From the NCBI GenBank assembly GCA_965113315.1, contig OZ220370.1: a stretch of DNA of 64,000 bases; one strand, given 5' to 3'. A program made the translations under genes and the position numbers. Each line of letters starts with the position of its first letter. Position 1 is the stretch's first letter. Below the pieces are notes generated by a model that had not been told where the DNA came from, did not search any database, and saw only the letters and a program-made list of their open reading frames with translations. This DNA comes from Podarcis vaucheri (Eukaryota). This document shows positions 52,034-64,000 of this stretch, one piece after another.

Positions 52034-52574
52034 CTGGAAAGAGAAGCACAGTATTCAGGAAAACAAAAGCATTAGTAAGCCACACCGCATTTACAAAATC
52101 ACCCTTATATGATGAACATAGCAGTAACTGATTAGGTCATTCAAATCTGGTAAAACTGATTTGGTGGAGAAAAATATCCATGAAAAATGGCACTAGACTC
52201 CATTAATTTCTTTTATGTTTTATTGGGGCCCTTTGTGCTGTTACCTTTAACATCATCATCTTTTCTCAATAAGACTGAAAATCTTAAGTTACTGAGGGGG
52301 GCGGGGAGCCTAAACTACAGCCCCTTCTCACACCAGATTTGCTTGAATTTTCTGAAGAGCAAAGCTGTTGGGATATGAAGATGTACTATGTATTCCTTCC
52401 ATTGGATTCCTGAGATGATCAGGAAATGTAGGCAGGAGCCATACTATAGCAGCTTCAGAGCTTCTATAGGCAATTTTGGAAGATTCTTTAGCTTAAAAGC
52501 ATTTCTAATTTAGGACGGAATTCTACATCCATTTACTTGGAAGTAAGCCTCATTCAACTCAATGCGACTTCTGA

Positions 52575-53032
52575 GTGGAGATGGGAGAAAAATTTAATTC
52601 AGTTCATATTTAAAGGTGCATCTACCTAATTTGTACTTTCTGAAACAATATGTAAATTGAAACACAGCCATCCTTTGAAAGTGACACTTCTATGAATTTT
52701 GCAATGCAGTTTTCTAGTCAAGTAATGTGAATAAAAATGCTTATAATGGAACAAAGTGTGCACAAAAATGTATATATTAGCAAATATTGCATATAAAAAT
52801 GCATTTTATTTGGAAATATAACTATATAGGGAAAAGCTTTTCAAAACTGTGTATATTAGGCAAAATGGCATACAAGAAAATGTATATTAGGATAAATTCA
52901 CACCACAATACTGATGTACGTTCTGAATTTTTTTTTTTTAACCACAAACTAATGTGGAAATGGGGACCTGCATTTAAGATTGGAAAACTGAGAAACTAAG
53001 AGAAACTGAAATCAACAGACTTGCCCATCCTG
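52575..53032. mobile_element. AT-rich non-autonomous DNA transposon-like repeat
   Basis: Degenerate inverted ends GATGGGAGA / TTGCCCATCC; internal TATATTAG...AAAT repeats. Confidence 0.5.
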
Positions 53033-53784
53033 ATATAAATTAGGGCTGCCAGAATTTCCTGGACATATCCGGGATTCATTCTTCAGAAATAGCATTTGGA
53101 TGGAATTTCTGACCAACAGCATTTTAATGCTGGACACAAGCCTAATGCTTTCATGGAAACATGAAGCTAGACCACAATAATGTATTCTTTATTGATGCTC
53201 CATGTTAATTCATGGAGCATCTTTCTTTCTTGTGGTAGAAAATGAATATTTGTCCATTTCCTGGATAGCCATGTTGGGATTTTCCACCTTAAGTTGCAGA
53301 CATGTGAGATTGTTACATGTCACATGACTGTTTACATTCCAGCAGAGTTTGCTGGAACTTCCATTGTGTATAGCTTTTGCTTTTGACTCTCTCTCTCTCT
53401 GAGGAGACGGCAATGAGAGACATTTTTTTTGTCCTGATTTATGCTTAATAAATCCGTAGCTTGTTAGTATGTTTCCACAAGCCTCACGCCTCTTCTGTTT
53501 GTGCAGTTTGCTCTGCTGATATAGTGTGCTCAGGCTTTGAAGTCTGAGTCGCTGATTTATGTCAAGCTGGATGTCAAGGGGTTGTCACAGCTGGAAGGGC
53601 ATGATCCAGCTGGGGACTAGCCAGCTGGCTTCTTGACCCCCGAAGGATGCCGACACATAGTGCCCTCCAGATGTTGTAGACTGCAGCTCTCACCATCTCT
53701 GATCATTGTTGAGGCTGATGGGAAATGTAGCCAAAAACAGCTGGAAAGTGCCATACCAGCTACCCTTGGTTTACGGCCTGTGCA

Positions 53785-53987
53785 CTGTTCTGACAGTGGT
53801 CAGCATATACTTTGTATGCAGGAAATCCCATGTTCAATCTCTGGCATCTCCTGTTAAAAGGAAGTCAACTAGCAAGGTTGAGAAGAACCTCTGCTTGAGG
53901 CCTTGGAGGACTGCAATCTATCAGTGTAGACAATCCTAGGCTAGATGGACAAAAAGCCTGACCTGCTATAGGCAGTTTCCTATATTC
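53785..53987 (+). mobile_element. Old tRNA-derived SINE with CR1-like tail
   Basis: Degenerate A/B boxes (CAGTGGTCAGCA...GTTCAATCTCTGGCATCTCC); tail GGCAGTTTCCTATATTC. Related antisense pieces near 14520-14610 and 63265-63390. Confidence 0.6.
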
Positions 53988-54593
53988 ACTGTTCTATCTT
54001 GAGGAGAAAAGTGGAACTATTTTATTGGCCAATAATGGCAATATATGAGATTTGAGCTTCTTCTTCTTTTTACTGTCTTTAAGAATTACTCTAGGTATGA
54101 GTCCAAAACAATTATTAATTTCATTAATTCTCTTACCCCAGGAAGCCTGAAATATGTCAATTGTAACATTAATTGATGTTTATGACTGACTAAATGGCTG
54201 CCCTCCAAACGCATTATGACATTTTTAGAAAGTGGCTAAACTGACATGGGGACATGCAGCTGGTATGAAAGCAATAAAGCCTTCAGCATTGTAAAAATAA
54301 AAAAGGAAATAGAATCCAACACCTGCTACATTGATGTGTGCTTTTTTGTCAAAGACAAAAATGCAAACTTATCTTTATTTTATAACAACTATTCTTTCTC
54401 ACCAGAATGCTTGCTGTGATATAATGAACAGTGAGACATTCTGGGGCCTATGGATTTTCTATGAGTCAATAATCTGCCCATGGAACTGACTAACAAGTAT
54501 ATTAAGAACCATTTACACCTCCCTCCCTCCCTCCCTCCCCTGCCCGACAAAAATAAAAAGTGATTGCTGCATCCCAGTGCATTTTAAACTTAC

Positions 54594-54745
54594 ATCTCCC
54601 ATTTAGATTGTGTGTGTCCATGAAAGAGAAAGCCTCATCACAGTTGGTGCCTTGTTCAGTGTAGCTTTTATCCATTGAGTTCACCATCACTGTCATTTCC
54701 TGCCGTGTGCTGCTCAATGTCTCTTTCCGCTTTTTAGCCAATTTC
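54594..54745 (-). CDS. PTPRM: PTPRM exon (152 nt), first cytoplasmic juxtamembrane exon
   Basis: Reads KLAKKRKETLSSTRQEMTVMVNSMDKSYTEQGTNCDEAFSFMDTHNLNGR, recognised as PTPRM just after the TM helix. Acceptor TTCCTTAAG|G, donor AGAT|GTAAGT; phase 2 to 1. Confidence 0.97.
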
Positions 54746-57700
54746 CTTAAGGAATGAACATTAGGGAAGAAAGATGATGCCACAGTAAGCAAGCACAGAA
54801 TTTATCTTTTTATACCAGCTGTCCATTTGGAAATACAACTTTTACTGACAAAACCCCCCACACATTTAAGTCAACGGTAAAAAACACAATCTTCAATTAT
54901 GTTAAAATAAATACTCGCTAAAGAGAAAAGCAGTAAAGCGTAAATATAACCAGATTCATCAAAACACTATAAAATAGTTGCACTTGTTGTATGGATGGGG
55001 TGGGGTGGGGTAAGTGAAATAGAGGTTTTTAGGCTTAATCCAATCCATCATGGGCACAGAGCCTGAACAGAGAGCAGGGATTGGGAACCTGCACCCTTCA
55101 GACGCTGTTGGACTATGTCTCCCATCAACCCCAGCCAGCACAGCAAATGGTCAGGGAAGATTTCAGTTGTAGTCTAGCAACATATGGGTGCCCACAACTT
55201 TTTCACAGCTAACACAGTGGATTCCCCTGAAGGCTTCTGTCACCTCCACTCACAAATGCCTATACATGGGCACACATTGTTAGGCTTATTATCAATGACT
55301 TTTTATCACCGTCTTTTTAAGCCATTCAACATGGTAACTATCACTGGATCTTGTAAATATGCATGGACCTTCTCTTCCCTGCGGTGGTCTCTGATGCTAC
55401 CTGCATTTGCACCTGAGGAAGTGGGGCAGAGAGGGCTCTACTCAGCCTATGACAAGTGTGCATCTAGTTGCCTCCCCTGCTCTAAAAGTCTACTGTAACT
55501 TATCCATGTCCTTACTGTACAATGTTATACATTGCCCTAGCCCTGCTTTACTCCAGTGGCTGCTGTAGGCAGAGACAGGAAATACAATGTTTTGTTTTAT
55601 CATGAGACTGGCAAATTATAGAGGAGGGAGTGAGAGCTATATGTGTGTCTGCTATTACTGCCACCCTTCACACAAAATTTCCAGAGTTAGTGCAGGTTTA
55701 TATTTTCTGTGAAATAATGAACATTCCAATCAGTTTATAGATAGTGACAGACAGAACTATTAAGCCGGTTAAACTATAAGTATTATAGGGAAAATAGGAT
55801 ATTGGTGAGAGTGAGATCATGCAACAAGCTTATAATGTTCAATTTCATATGAAATTGAAAAAATATCACTGCACAGTGACATTAAACTATATATCAACAC
55901 TCTTATCAGGCAACATATTTAAACAAGAATTTGCAGCAGCATTTTGTTAAAACAAGATTTTTAAGCAATGGAATGGTCTGAACTTTTGTGATAAAATTGG
56001 TTAAAAGAAAAACACTACTTGCTTACTTCTACAAGGTAAGCAAAAAATATATATTCCCCCCCCCTGTTGTTCAGGATTCATATAAAGCGGCTGAATAAAG
56101 TCATCATAGAATAAGGAGTTGGGTGTCACCTAGATCTGTCTGCTTTTGAAATTAAGGTGATACATAACTCCTGATCTGGGGTATGGAAGCAATAACGGAC
56201 TGGAAGAGGGTCAAAATATTGAAACTCAGTCCCGAATAAACAGAGATAGAGTTCAGCAGCTCTGGAGGGGAATTGTATGTACCACAAGGAAATGGTACTC
56301 CCCCCTAAGTATGGCAGGCAGTGACTGGAGAGATAGCAGTTTCTTTGGTGACTCCTCATCTTTGGAATGCCTTACTATCATTTCGGGACCAGATAAAAAC
56401 ATTTTGTTTTCCCACATTTTTAAGTCCTAAGCAATCTTTAACTAAGAGCAGTATGAGCAGTATGATTTTTAGCACGCATTTAAATTGGCTGTTGTTATTT
56501 TATTGTTTTATCTATATTAGTATTACTACTTTCAGTTGCACTTCTTCATTTCTTACTACTCTTGTCAGTCACTCTGGCAACATAAATCTATGTTGAGGTG
56601 CAATATATTAATTATCTTGGGAATCTCAGGTGAGATATCCACGCAGTGGAAGTTGTTCCCAGTACCAGTCACCACATGGAAGCAGCTTAATAATTTACTG
56701 TTGCAAAAGATAAGGCTCAGTAAAACAGTTCTAGACATAGATATATACAGCTTATAGGCTTTGGCAGATATAGATATAGATATACAGATACATTCAAGTA
56801 CAAGGTATTTCCATTGCTCCAAATAAACTCCAGCAATTCAAAACATAACACTGGACAAGTAACACCAACAGACTGATTAACAGATTGACACTACTGTGCT
56901 GATATGCATTAATCACAGATACAATCAGGACTCTGGGCTGTTACCATAGCAAATGGCTTGGCTAACCTTGTACCTGCAATTAGCTCACCCATGGGGAGAT
57001 TCAAACTCCTGAGGGAAATTAACCCCTTCTCATTTCTAGTTACTCCAACAAATTATGGGTGGGATGCACCTAACCAGCCATATTAGTAAAAGTCCATGTC
57101 CAATGACTCCTGCTTGCACAACGGGGCATTCTTCCCTCTCTTCCCCGATGCCCCCTGGAATTGGGGGGGAGGAAAACCCCTAAAACAGCATGTGGAAGAA
57201 GGAGTATTGTTCTGTCAGGCAAGCTGGGGTGCTTGCACAGATGGAACAACTGGTACCTTTGCAGGGTTCCTGATTACATGGAGAGATCCCATGGGTGCAC
57301 AGTGGTACACATGTAGGCTCTATTCAGAACTTCCAATGAACATCTAGAGATCAAAAGCAGGGATAGGACGAATGATCCCAATTCCTGTCTCCACACATTC
57401 AATGAAGGTCTGAAAACCACTTTAGTCCTCCTACATATGATTAGCAAACTGAAAAACCAATCTAAAGAAACATGTTTCCAGTTCACCAATATCTCCAGGT
57501 TCTTTTCAAAGCTCCATATAGCGTGTTTTGAACTGCCAACTACAATTCTCAAAAGATGTCAGTCATTTCTAGATGGGTGATTGACAGAGATCAAGAAAAC
57601 TTTGTTATATTGCTAGAATCAAGAGTATCTAAAAATGAGAAAGATTTTAGGGTCACTATATGATTTGCAAGAAATATGGTATCCAATTATTATATGATTA

Positions 57701-58682
57701 AAAAGGAAAGTTTTTTAAAATGATGCTTAAATTTGTCATAAAATCACACAATCCAAAATAATGAGTACTTATTTTGTTTCTCTTTGTTCAGGTATTTGTC
57801 ATATTCTCTTTCAAAATGTTCCTGTATTGAATTCAATTTCTGTTCAAGTACAAAAAGTACAAAATGGCTGAAGTCACCTATCCACCACCTAGAAGCTATT
57901 TTAGCTATTCTACAAAATATTGAAATAGAAATTTTAAAAAGAATAAAATCAGAAAACCATATATAACAAGGATGTCAACTCTTGGCTCAGGTCACAGGTA
58001 AAAATGAATTTAACAGCTATATGCTAGTCGAGGCTGGCCATTTTAAAAGACCACCCCGAAGTTACAATGACTGACATTCTGTTCAAAAACAACCCTGAGC
58101 CAGGAAAAAGAATTTGAGGAAAAAAGCATTGAAAACTCTTAGCAGAACTATAGGACAAATATATGAACAGCTCCTATCGGCTATTATTTCTGACTATATT
58201 TGATTCTATCATTCCACCTCACCCCCACATTTCCACTCACTCTGTTGGAATATGAACACCACTGAAAACATGCAAGTTGAGCAACTAGTATTAATTTTGA
58301 CGGGTGTAATTTTTCACAATTGGTCAAAAGCCATTGTTTGCTTTTGACTCTTGGGGAAAATTAGGGTATTTATTTTTGCCTGACTTAACGTGCTATAAAA
58401 GTCTCTATAAGTTCGAGGGATGCCATGACTGTTTTTAAGTTTGCTGTCACCAGTTTTACCTGAAATTATTTAGGGTAGGCAATATAGCCTTGCAATACTT
58501 CATTGAATAACACTCAGATCTACTTTTATATGAATACATTATCTGTTATGTCATAATGAGCATGCCAACCTTAGTGGGCATAGCCAAATATTCAAAAGAA
58601 AAAGACACAGCAGGATAAAATTCAAGCAATTTATTAGTGTTGTATACTATGAACAGCAGAAAGTACAGAAAATACAGACATA

Positions 58683-58892
58683 CCGTATTTTTCGCTCTAT
58701 AAGATGCACCAGACCACAATCTCAGAAGCCAGAGCAGCAAGAGGGATTGCTGCGCAGTGAAAGCAGCAATCCCTCTTGCTGTTCTGGCTTCTGGGATAGC
58801 TACGCAGCCTGCATTCGCTCCATAAAACGCACACACATTTTCCCTTATTTTTTAGGAGGGAAAAAGTGAGTCTTATAGAGCAAAAAATACGG
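58683..58892. mobile_element. pogo/Tc2-like MITE with internal hairpin
   Basis: TA|CCGTATTTTTCGCTCTATAAGA...TCTTATAGAGCAAAAAATACGG|TA; internal inverted repeat ~58723-58794. Confidence 0.9.
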
Positions 58893-60794
58893 TAGTTCAA
58901 GTATGCCAGTCTGGGTTGCTTTAATTGTTAACATATACTTTTGTTTTTGATTAGTTGTATACTGCTTTGAAAAGATGGGCGCAGAAAATCAGTCTTTATA
59001 AATGACAAGAAATACAGAAGAAATAAATCCCTGCAAATACAAAGGCCCACACTTGATCTACCAGTTCAAGTGTTAGTATTGTTTATGTTGTTTATGTGAC
59101 TCAGTCACATTTATTTGTTCCATATATAACGTAACATTCCAATGTGAAATAAATGTCTGTGTCATGAGGTGTTCTGCTTGAGTTGTCTTTCATATATCAA
59201 GGCAGTAGAAAAATATAACATTTCAATTGCATATAAAGTAGAATTACATTTTCCCATTAGTAAAAAAAAAGTTCGTATTTGTCCTGTTGCTTTAAAAATG
59301 AAGTCTGATATTTGGAAAGTTTGCCTTCTTCACCCTCGTTTTTTCTTACAATATCAAAGAAGCACAGTAAAGAGGAAATAAACAGATACCACTGAGGCCT
59401 GTTCAGGGGGTAGCTGTGTGATATATAGCAGCAGACAACGTAGGCATGAAAGGTTTTCACTGGCTCTCCTTTATGACAGATTCTGAAATTCTCATCTTGA
59501 GACTAATTACCATTTTAGGGGGGAAAGAGACTAATGATTAAAGAGTCCACCTTCTTATTCAGTCATGCTGTCAATTGTATGCAGAGCTTGAAACATATTA
59601 AGAGAGGTATGCGCTGTAGGCATCCATCTTCTGTTGCTTTTATGAAGCTAAGTAGGAGGCCTTTTTAAAACTAATGCAAATATATTCAGAGATGTCCTGT
59701 GATACACCAAAGCTACATCTGTGAAAAGGCCACCTTTGATCCATATAGTAGGTAACTCAAGGACCCATATGATATGACTCTGTGATAGCACTTCGGAGCT
59801 AGAGGTTATATTGATACCTCTAGATGCCACCATGCTTTGTAACCACAATTCAACCCTTTGATTTTATGCTAATATACATATCCTGAATAATTTCAAACAC
59901 ATGTCGCCTTTCTTCTTGTCTCTATGAAAATTGGTTGGTTTCTATGAAAATTCTAACTACAAATGTTTCCCTTTTCCAGACAAAGGACAGTCAATGCTGT
60001 GTCATTCACACAATGCCTCAATAAGAGATAAAGTTTGTGCTTAGACTTATGCTGGGTATCTGAATGTACTTTCCACATAGTAAAACTCTGTTGTAGAAGC
60101 AGTAATTAAACCTTTCTATAACTGCAAAAGGAAAACTTCTAGCTTTCTGGTCTCTGAAATGACAAATGCCATCATGTTAAAAACTGCCGTGTTATTATAT
60201 GTAAAGAAAAGGATTTGGTGGCTGCTTCTCCTTTTAGAATTACTTTATAGTTTTCTCAACCGATTAAGAATGGGAAGTCACATCCTTGGGCTTACAAGCG
60301 TAATCATAGGTGGCTATATATTTTAAACCATCCAGCATAAATCACTATCCCAAAATCGTGCAGTAAATTGTCCGTAATGCAATAATTCTAAACAAGTGCA
60401 CCAAAACTCATAGGGAAGTCTTGAAGGGAAAATTCTATGCTGCCCAGACTTTGTGGTTGGGCTAGTACACAAAGCACTTAGACCAAGTCAAAATACTTTA
60501 TATGTTGCCAATTTAGGGTGCACACCATGTGCATACATGCATGCATACTGACACTTTTATTTCATTATGACCTATTAAATAACAAGTTCAACCTGATTCC
60601 ATATGGCAACATTTGGTATAATAAGAGCAAGTTTGTATTTTATTGGGGGGGGGGGGATCAGTTACATAAATTAGAGCCTTAGCAGTCAGGTAAGATAAAA
60701 CATGCAGAAAATAAACATGGAAATGTGTATCCCATTTATTTATCTAAATGAAATCTTTCCAGTCATATTATTTCTGTATTTGCAGAAAAAGATG

Positions 60795-61600
60795 GTCTCT
60801 GACACAGTCATCAACAGACCCTGCCTGTCTTGGAAGAGCTGGATGTCCCTCCCTCTCTCCCTTAATGAGCTGAAGAACACCATCAACACTCAGGCATGTG
60901 GCAAAGATGGAATCCCGACAGAAGTGTTGGAAGCCAGATCCATTTCCCCCTCACGACACACCTCCGTGGCCTCCTCTTGTGGTGTTTGGAACAGGGATTC
61001 GTGCCACAAGACATGCATGACTCCAGCATTGTGACCTTCTCCAAGAACAAAGGTGACCGCCATGACTGTAACAATGATTGTGGGATCTCCCTGCTGAGTA
61101 CATTGGGGAAAACCTTCTCCTGTGTAGTTCTCTACAGAGTAGTGTCACTTGCTGACTGGGTCTATCTAGAGTCATAATGTGGCTTTTGAGCTCAGAGATC
61201 AACAGTCAACATGATTTTCTCACTGCACCAGCTGCAGTAGAAATGCCGAGAGAAGAGATGTCCCTTGAACCTCACCTACAAAAACCTGACAAAGGCTTTT
61301 GATCTTGTCAGTTAAAAGGACTCTTCACACTGCTCAAGAAGATAGAATGCCCACCTAACCTTCACAAGATGATTGTGTCCTTCCATGAGAATATGTGCAG
61401 CACCGTCCAATATGACGGCTCATACTGAAATGCCTTCCCTATAAACAGCAGTGTAATATAGGGCTGTGTTGTTGACGTGATTCTCTTTGACATATTAATA
61501 GTTCTTGCTCTCTTATGGCTTCAACTTGGCTGAAGCAGGTGCGTACATCCATTCAAGGAGCGACAGGGGTCTATTCAACTTGGTATGTCTTCAAGCCAAA
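60795..61600 (+). mobile_element. RTE-clade LINE reverse-transcriptase remnant
   Basis: ACGKDGIPTEV...VPQDMHDSSIVTFSKNKGDRHDCNNDCGISLLSTLGKTF...ES*CGF*AQRSTVNMIFSLHQLQ*KCRE, with stops and frameshifts. Confidence 0.9.
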
Positions 61601-63799
61601 AGTGCAGGGAGCCCTTTTCTGAGAGATGTTGAGGGGGGCAGGTAAGCCCCACCCTGCATAATCGATCACAATGCACACACACCATTTGAATTACAGTGCC
61701 CATCAACTTGGGGGGGGGGGTTCATCCTCCTCAAATATTTTATGGGGGAGGTGAAAAGACCTTGGCTCCTAGGAGTTGACTCCTATGCCTGGGAGATACA
61801 GTTGGGACAACTTAATCTAACACAACACTATGTGCTGGTAATGATACTTATTTGTTTAGAGGAGGAGTTGAGCAGAAGCATCTATGAAGCCTCTGAGTCA
61901 GTGGAAATGTATTAATAATGATTGTGGATGACAGGAGAAAGACTGGGCTATTTTTTTTGGGGGGAGGGCCTTAGAAACTTCGGAGGGCTGTGTCGCACTT
62001 CGTCCAACAGAGAAGCCTTCAGTGCTACCAAGCACTGGCCTGGCATTAAGGAATAACACAAACCACAGTGACAGAGGGCCCACACTCACCAAGGACTAGC
62101 ATGCAGGACATTTGCCTAATTCCTCCTTCCGTTCACTGACTGACTCAGTCAGTCAGTCAGGTGTTCCTCCCCCTATATAACAGCCACACAATGCTCAAAA
62201 CATACGATGCCAGCAAGAAAACAGTGATAAAACTGAAAGTAGCCACAGGCTTAATATATGATCACGTAGAATAGCCAAGACAGAGATAATTTTAAACAGC
62301 ACCTATGCAGCAGCCGTATTTTGAAAAATCCTGAGGAATCCCTCATGTGCATATAGTTTCATGTACACCAACCTTGCCTTCCAATTGGCATTACAAACCC
62401 AAAATGTGTAACTGTTAATCTATTGTTTATTCAATGCCACCGACAGAAGTTAATAGATGGTTATAAACTAATTGAGTGTGTCTGTACTGTTATCTGCTCA
62501 TTCATCTCACTTTTTCAATTTAGCTTCGTTAGTGTTCCATATGGTACAGTGGCCCTGCTGCTTGGAGCAGCCATTCTCCACAAAAAAAGCCCTTCTAACA
62601 ACAGGAAGCTAATAGTTTAACTGTTCCTCTAAATTTGTTTGACAAAACTGACATTTAGCACATCATGTCACGTTGTCAGTAATCTGCAATTTACCCCTAG
62701 GCAGTCAGTGGATGCTCGTTTTATTTACTTCTCATAGTTAAGAGCGTAATTAATATTCCACTCTGAAACAAAGATTAGAGATTTGACAAACATTGTAATT
62801 TAAATTCTTCATTATAGCAAACATTAAAATCAAGCATCTTCTATATGCGCCATTACGTAAATGACACGTGTAGCTGTAATTTAACTTTTTAGATTTTAAT
62901 ACCACAAACTAATTTCTGCTGTCAGTTTAATGAGTTGGAAAACACAAATCTTAGCACTCTTGCACAGACTAATAGTTAAATTAGAGGGAGAGCATGGTTT
63001 GGTTATTTTAACTCTTTAACTATCCTATGCAAGACTATAAATTATGGAGGGATATTACATTAAAATGTTTTAGCTGCTAAATGGGTACAATTTACAAAGA
63101 GCTCAGGAGTAACTGCTAAGGCAACATTTCTATATTTTGTTCTATATTACTGTGACTTTGATAAGAAAATAAAGAATAGACTGAGGGTATTTTACAATAG
63201 AGTATGATGGCCGCTGTTCACTTAGAATTCCAGCAAGCACACACATACATTTAAGTCAAGGGCATTAGGAACATAGAAAGCTACTTTCTATAAAGCCAGT
63301 CCACTGGTCCACCTAGTCTTTCGAAACTGTATCTGGAGATGCTAGTGATTGTGCCTGGAGCATCTGCATGGAATGCATGTGCTAATACCACATTGTGTAG
63401 TAATGAGTGCTGTTCATTGAATAAATCTACTAAATACCACAACAATTATATAGTGTCAGTAATGACTTTGTCATAGTAACATATTACTAAAATTCACTAT
63501 GAATACTCGGGGGGGGGGGGGAGATTATTATACAAAGTCCAAATTAACACATAACATTTTAAAACAATTTAAAACACACACACCCCAAATAAAAATAAAA
63601 CAACGCCCAATAGAAATAATAAGCTTTCCCATACCCAACCTCAAGGGCCTGCTAGGCAAACTGCATATTCTCTCCATTATCCTATGGTTTGGTGTTAGCT
63701 TGATTCACATCCAGGACTGACTTTTCCATTCCAAGGCCACCCGGGCATTGGGCTAACATATGTTATGAGTTTGGAGGAGGTGGCGGAACTGGTTAAGTA

Positions 63800-63880
63800 C
63801 CATATATACTCGTGTATAAGCCGAGTTTTTCAGCACATTTTTAATGCTGAAAAAGCCCCCCTCGGCTTATACTCGAGTGA
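63800..63880. mobile_element. pogo/Tc2-like MITE left end
   Basis: TA|CCATATATACTCGTGTATAAGCCGAG with inverted CTCGGCTTATACTCGAGT nearby. Confidence 0.65.
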
Positions 63881-63891
63881 GGGTCCCACTC

Positions 63892-64000
63892 AGAGAGCCA
63901 GTGTGGTGTAGTGGTTAAGAGTGGTAGTCTCGTAATCTGGGGAACCGGGTTTGCGTCTCTGCTCCTCCACATGCAGCTGTTGGCTGACCTTGGGCCAGTC
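63892..64000 (+). mobile_element. tRNA-derived SINE head, runs off the window
   Basis: A box TGGTGTAGTGG, degenerate B box GGGTTTGCGTCTC, followed by core-like TGACCTTGGGCCAGTC. Confidence 0.7.

Noticed and set aside
54746-64000. Searched for the PTPRM transmembrane exon
   Set aside because: Not found; it presumably lies beyond the right edge of the window.

Overview
This is eukaryotic, intron-rich DNA from a squamate reptile; the repeat content (Sauria SINEs, Tigger-like and hAT MITEs) suggests a lacertid lizard. The whole window lies inside the receptor tyrosine phosphatase gene PTPRM on the minus strand. Nine GT-AG exons with consistent phases (152, 75, 27, 12, 188, 88, 77, 37, 98 nt) encode the cytoplasmic juxtamembrane segment, the wedge region and the N-terminal part of the D1 phosphatase domain. 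Two of them are frame-preserving microexons (DPFVPTAIL, VPIN). Apart from overlaps with these exons or with LINE/DIRS remnants, the ORFs in the supplied track look spurious. The introns hold DNA-transposon MITEs with recognisable TSDs, SINEs and decayed L2/CR1/RTE/DIRS fragments. The most interesting non-coding signals are: an intact minimal type I hammerhead ribozyme in a Penelope-like fragment (12100-12143); a Sauria SINE chimera with inverted 3' tails at both ends inside one TSD; a perfect 26-bp foldback that looks like a template-switch scar; a 35-bp stem whose mismatches are all G-U wobbles on the transcribed strand; and neural-type splicing motifs around the microexons. Repeat family names come from pattern recognition, not database searches. 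There is no evidence for a prokaryote-style system such as CRISPR.
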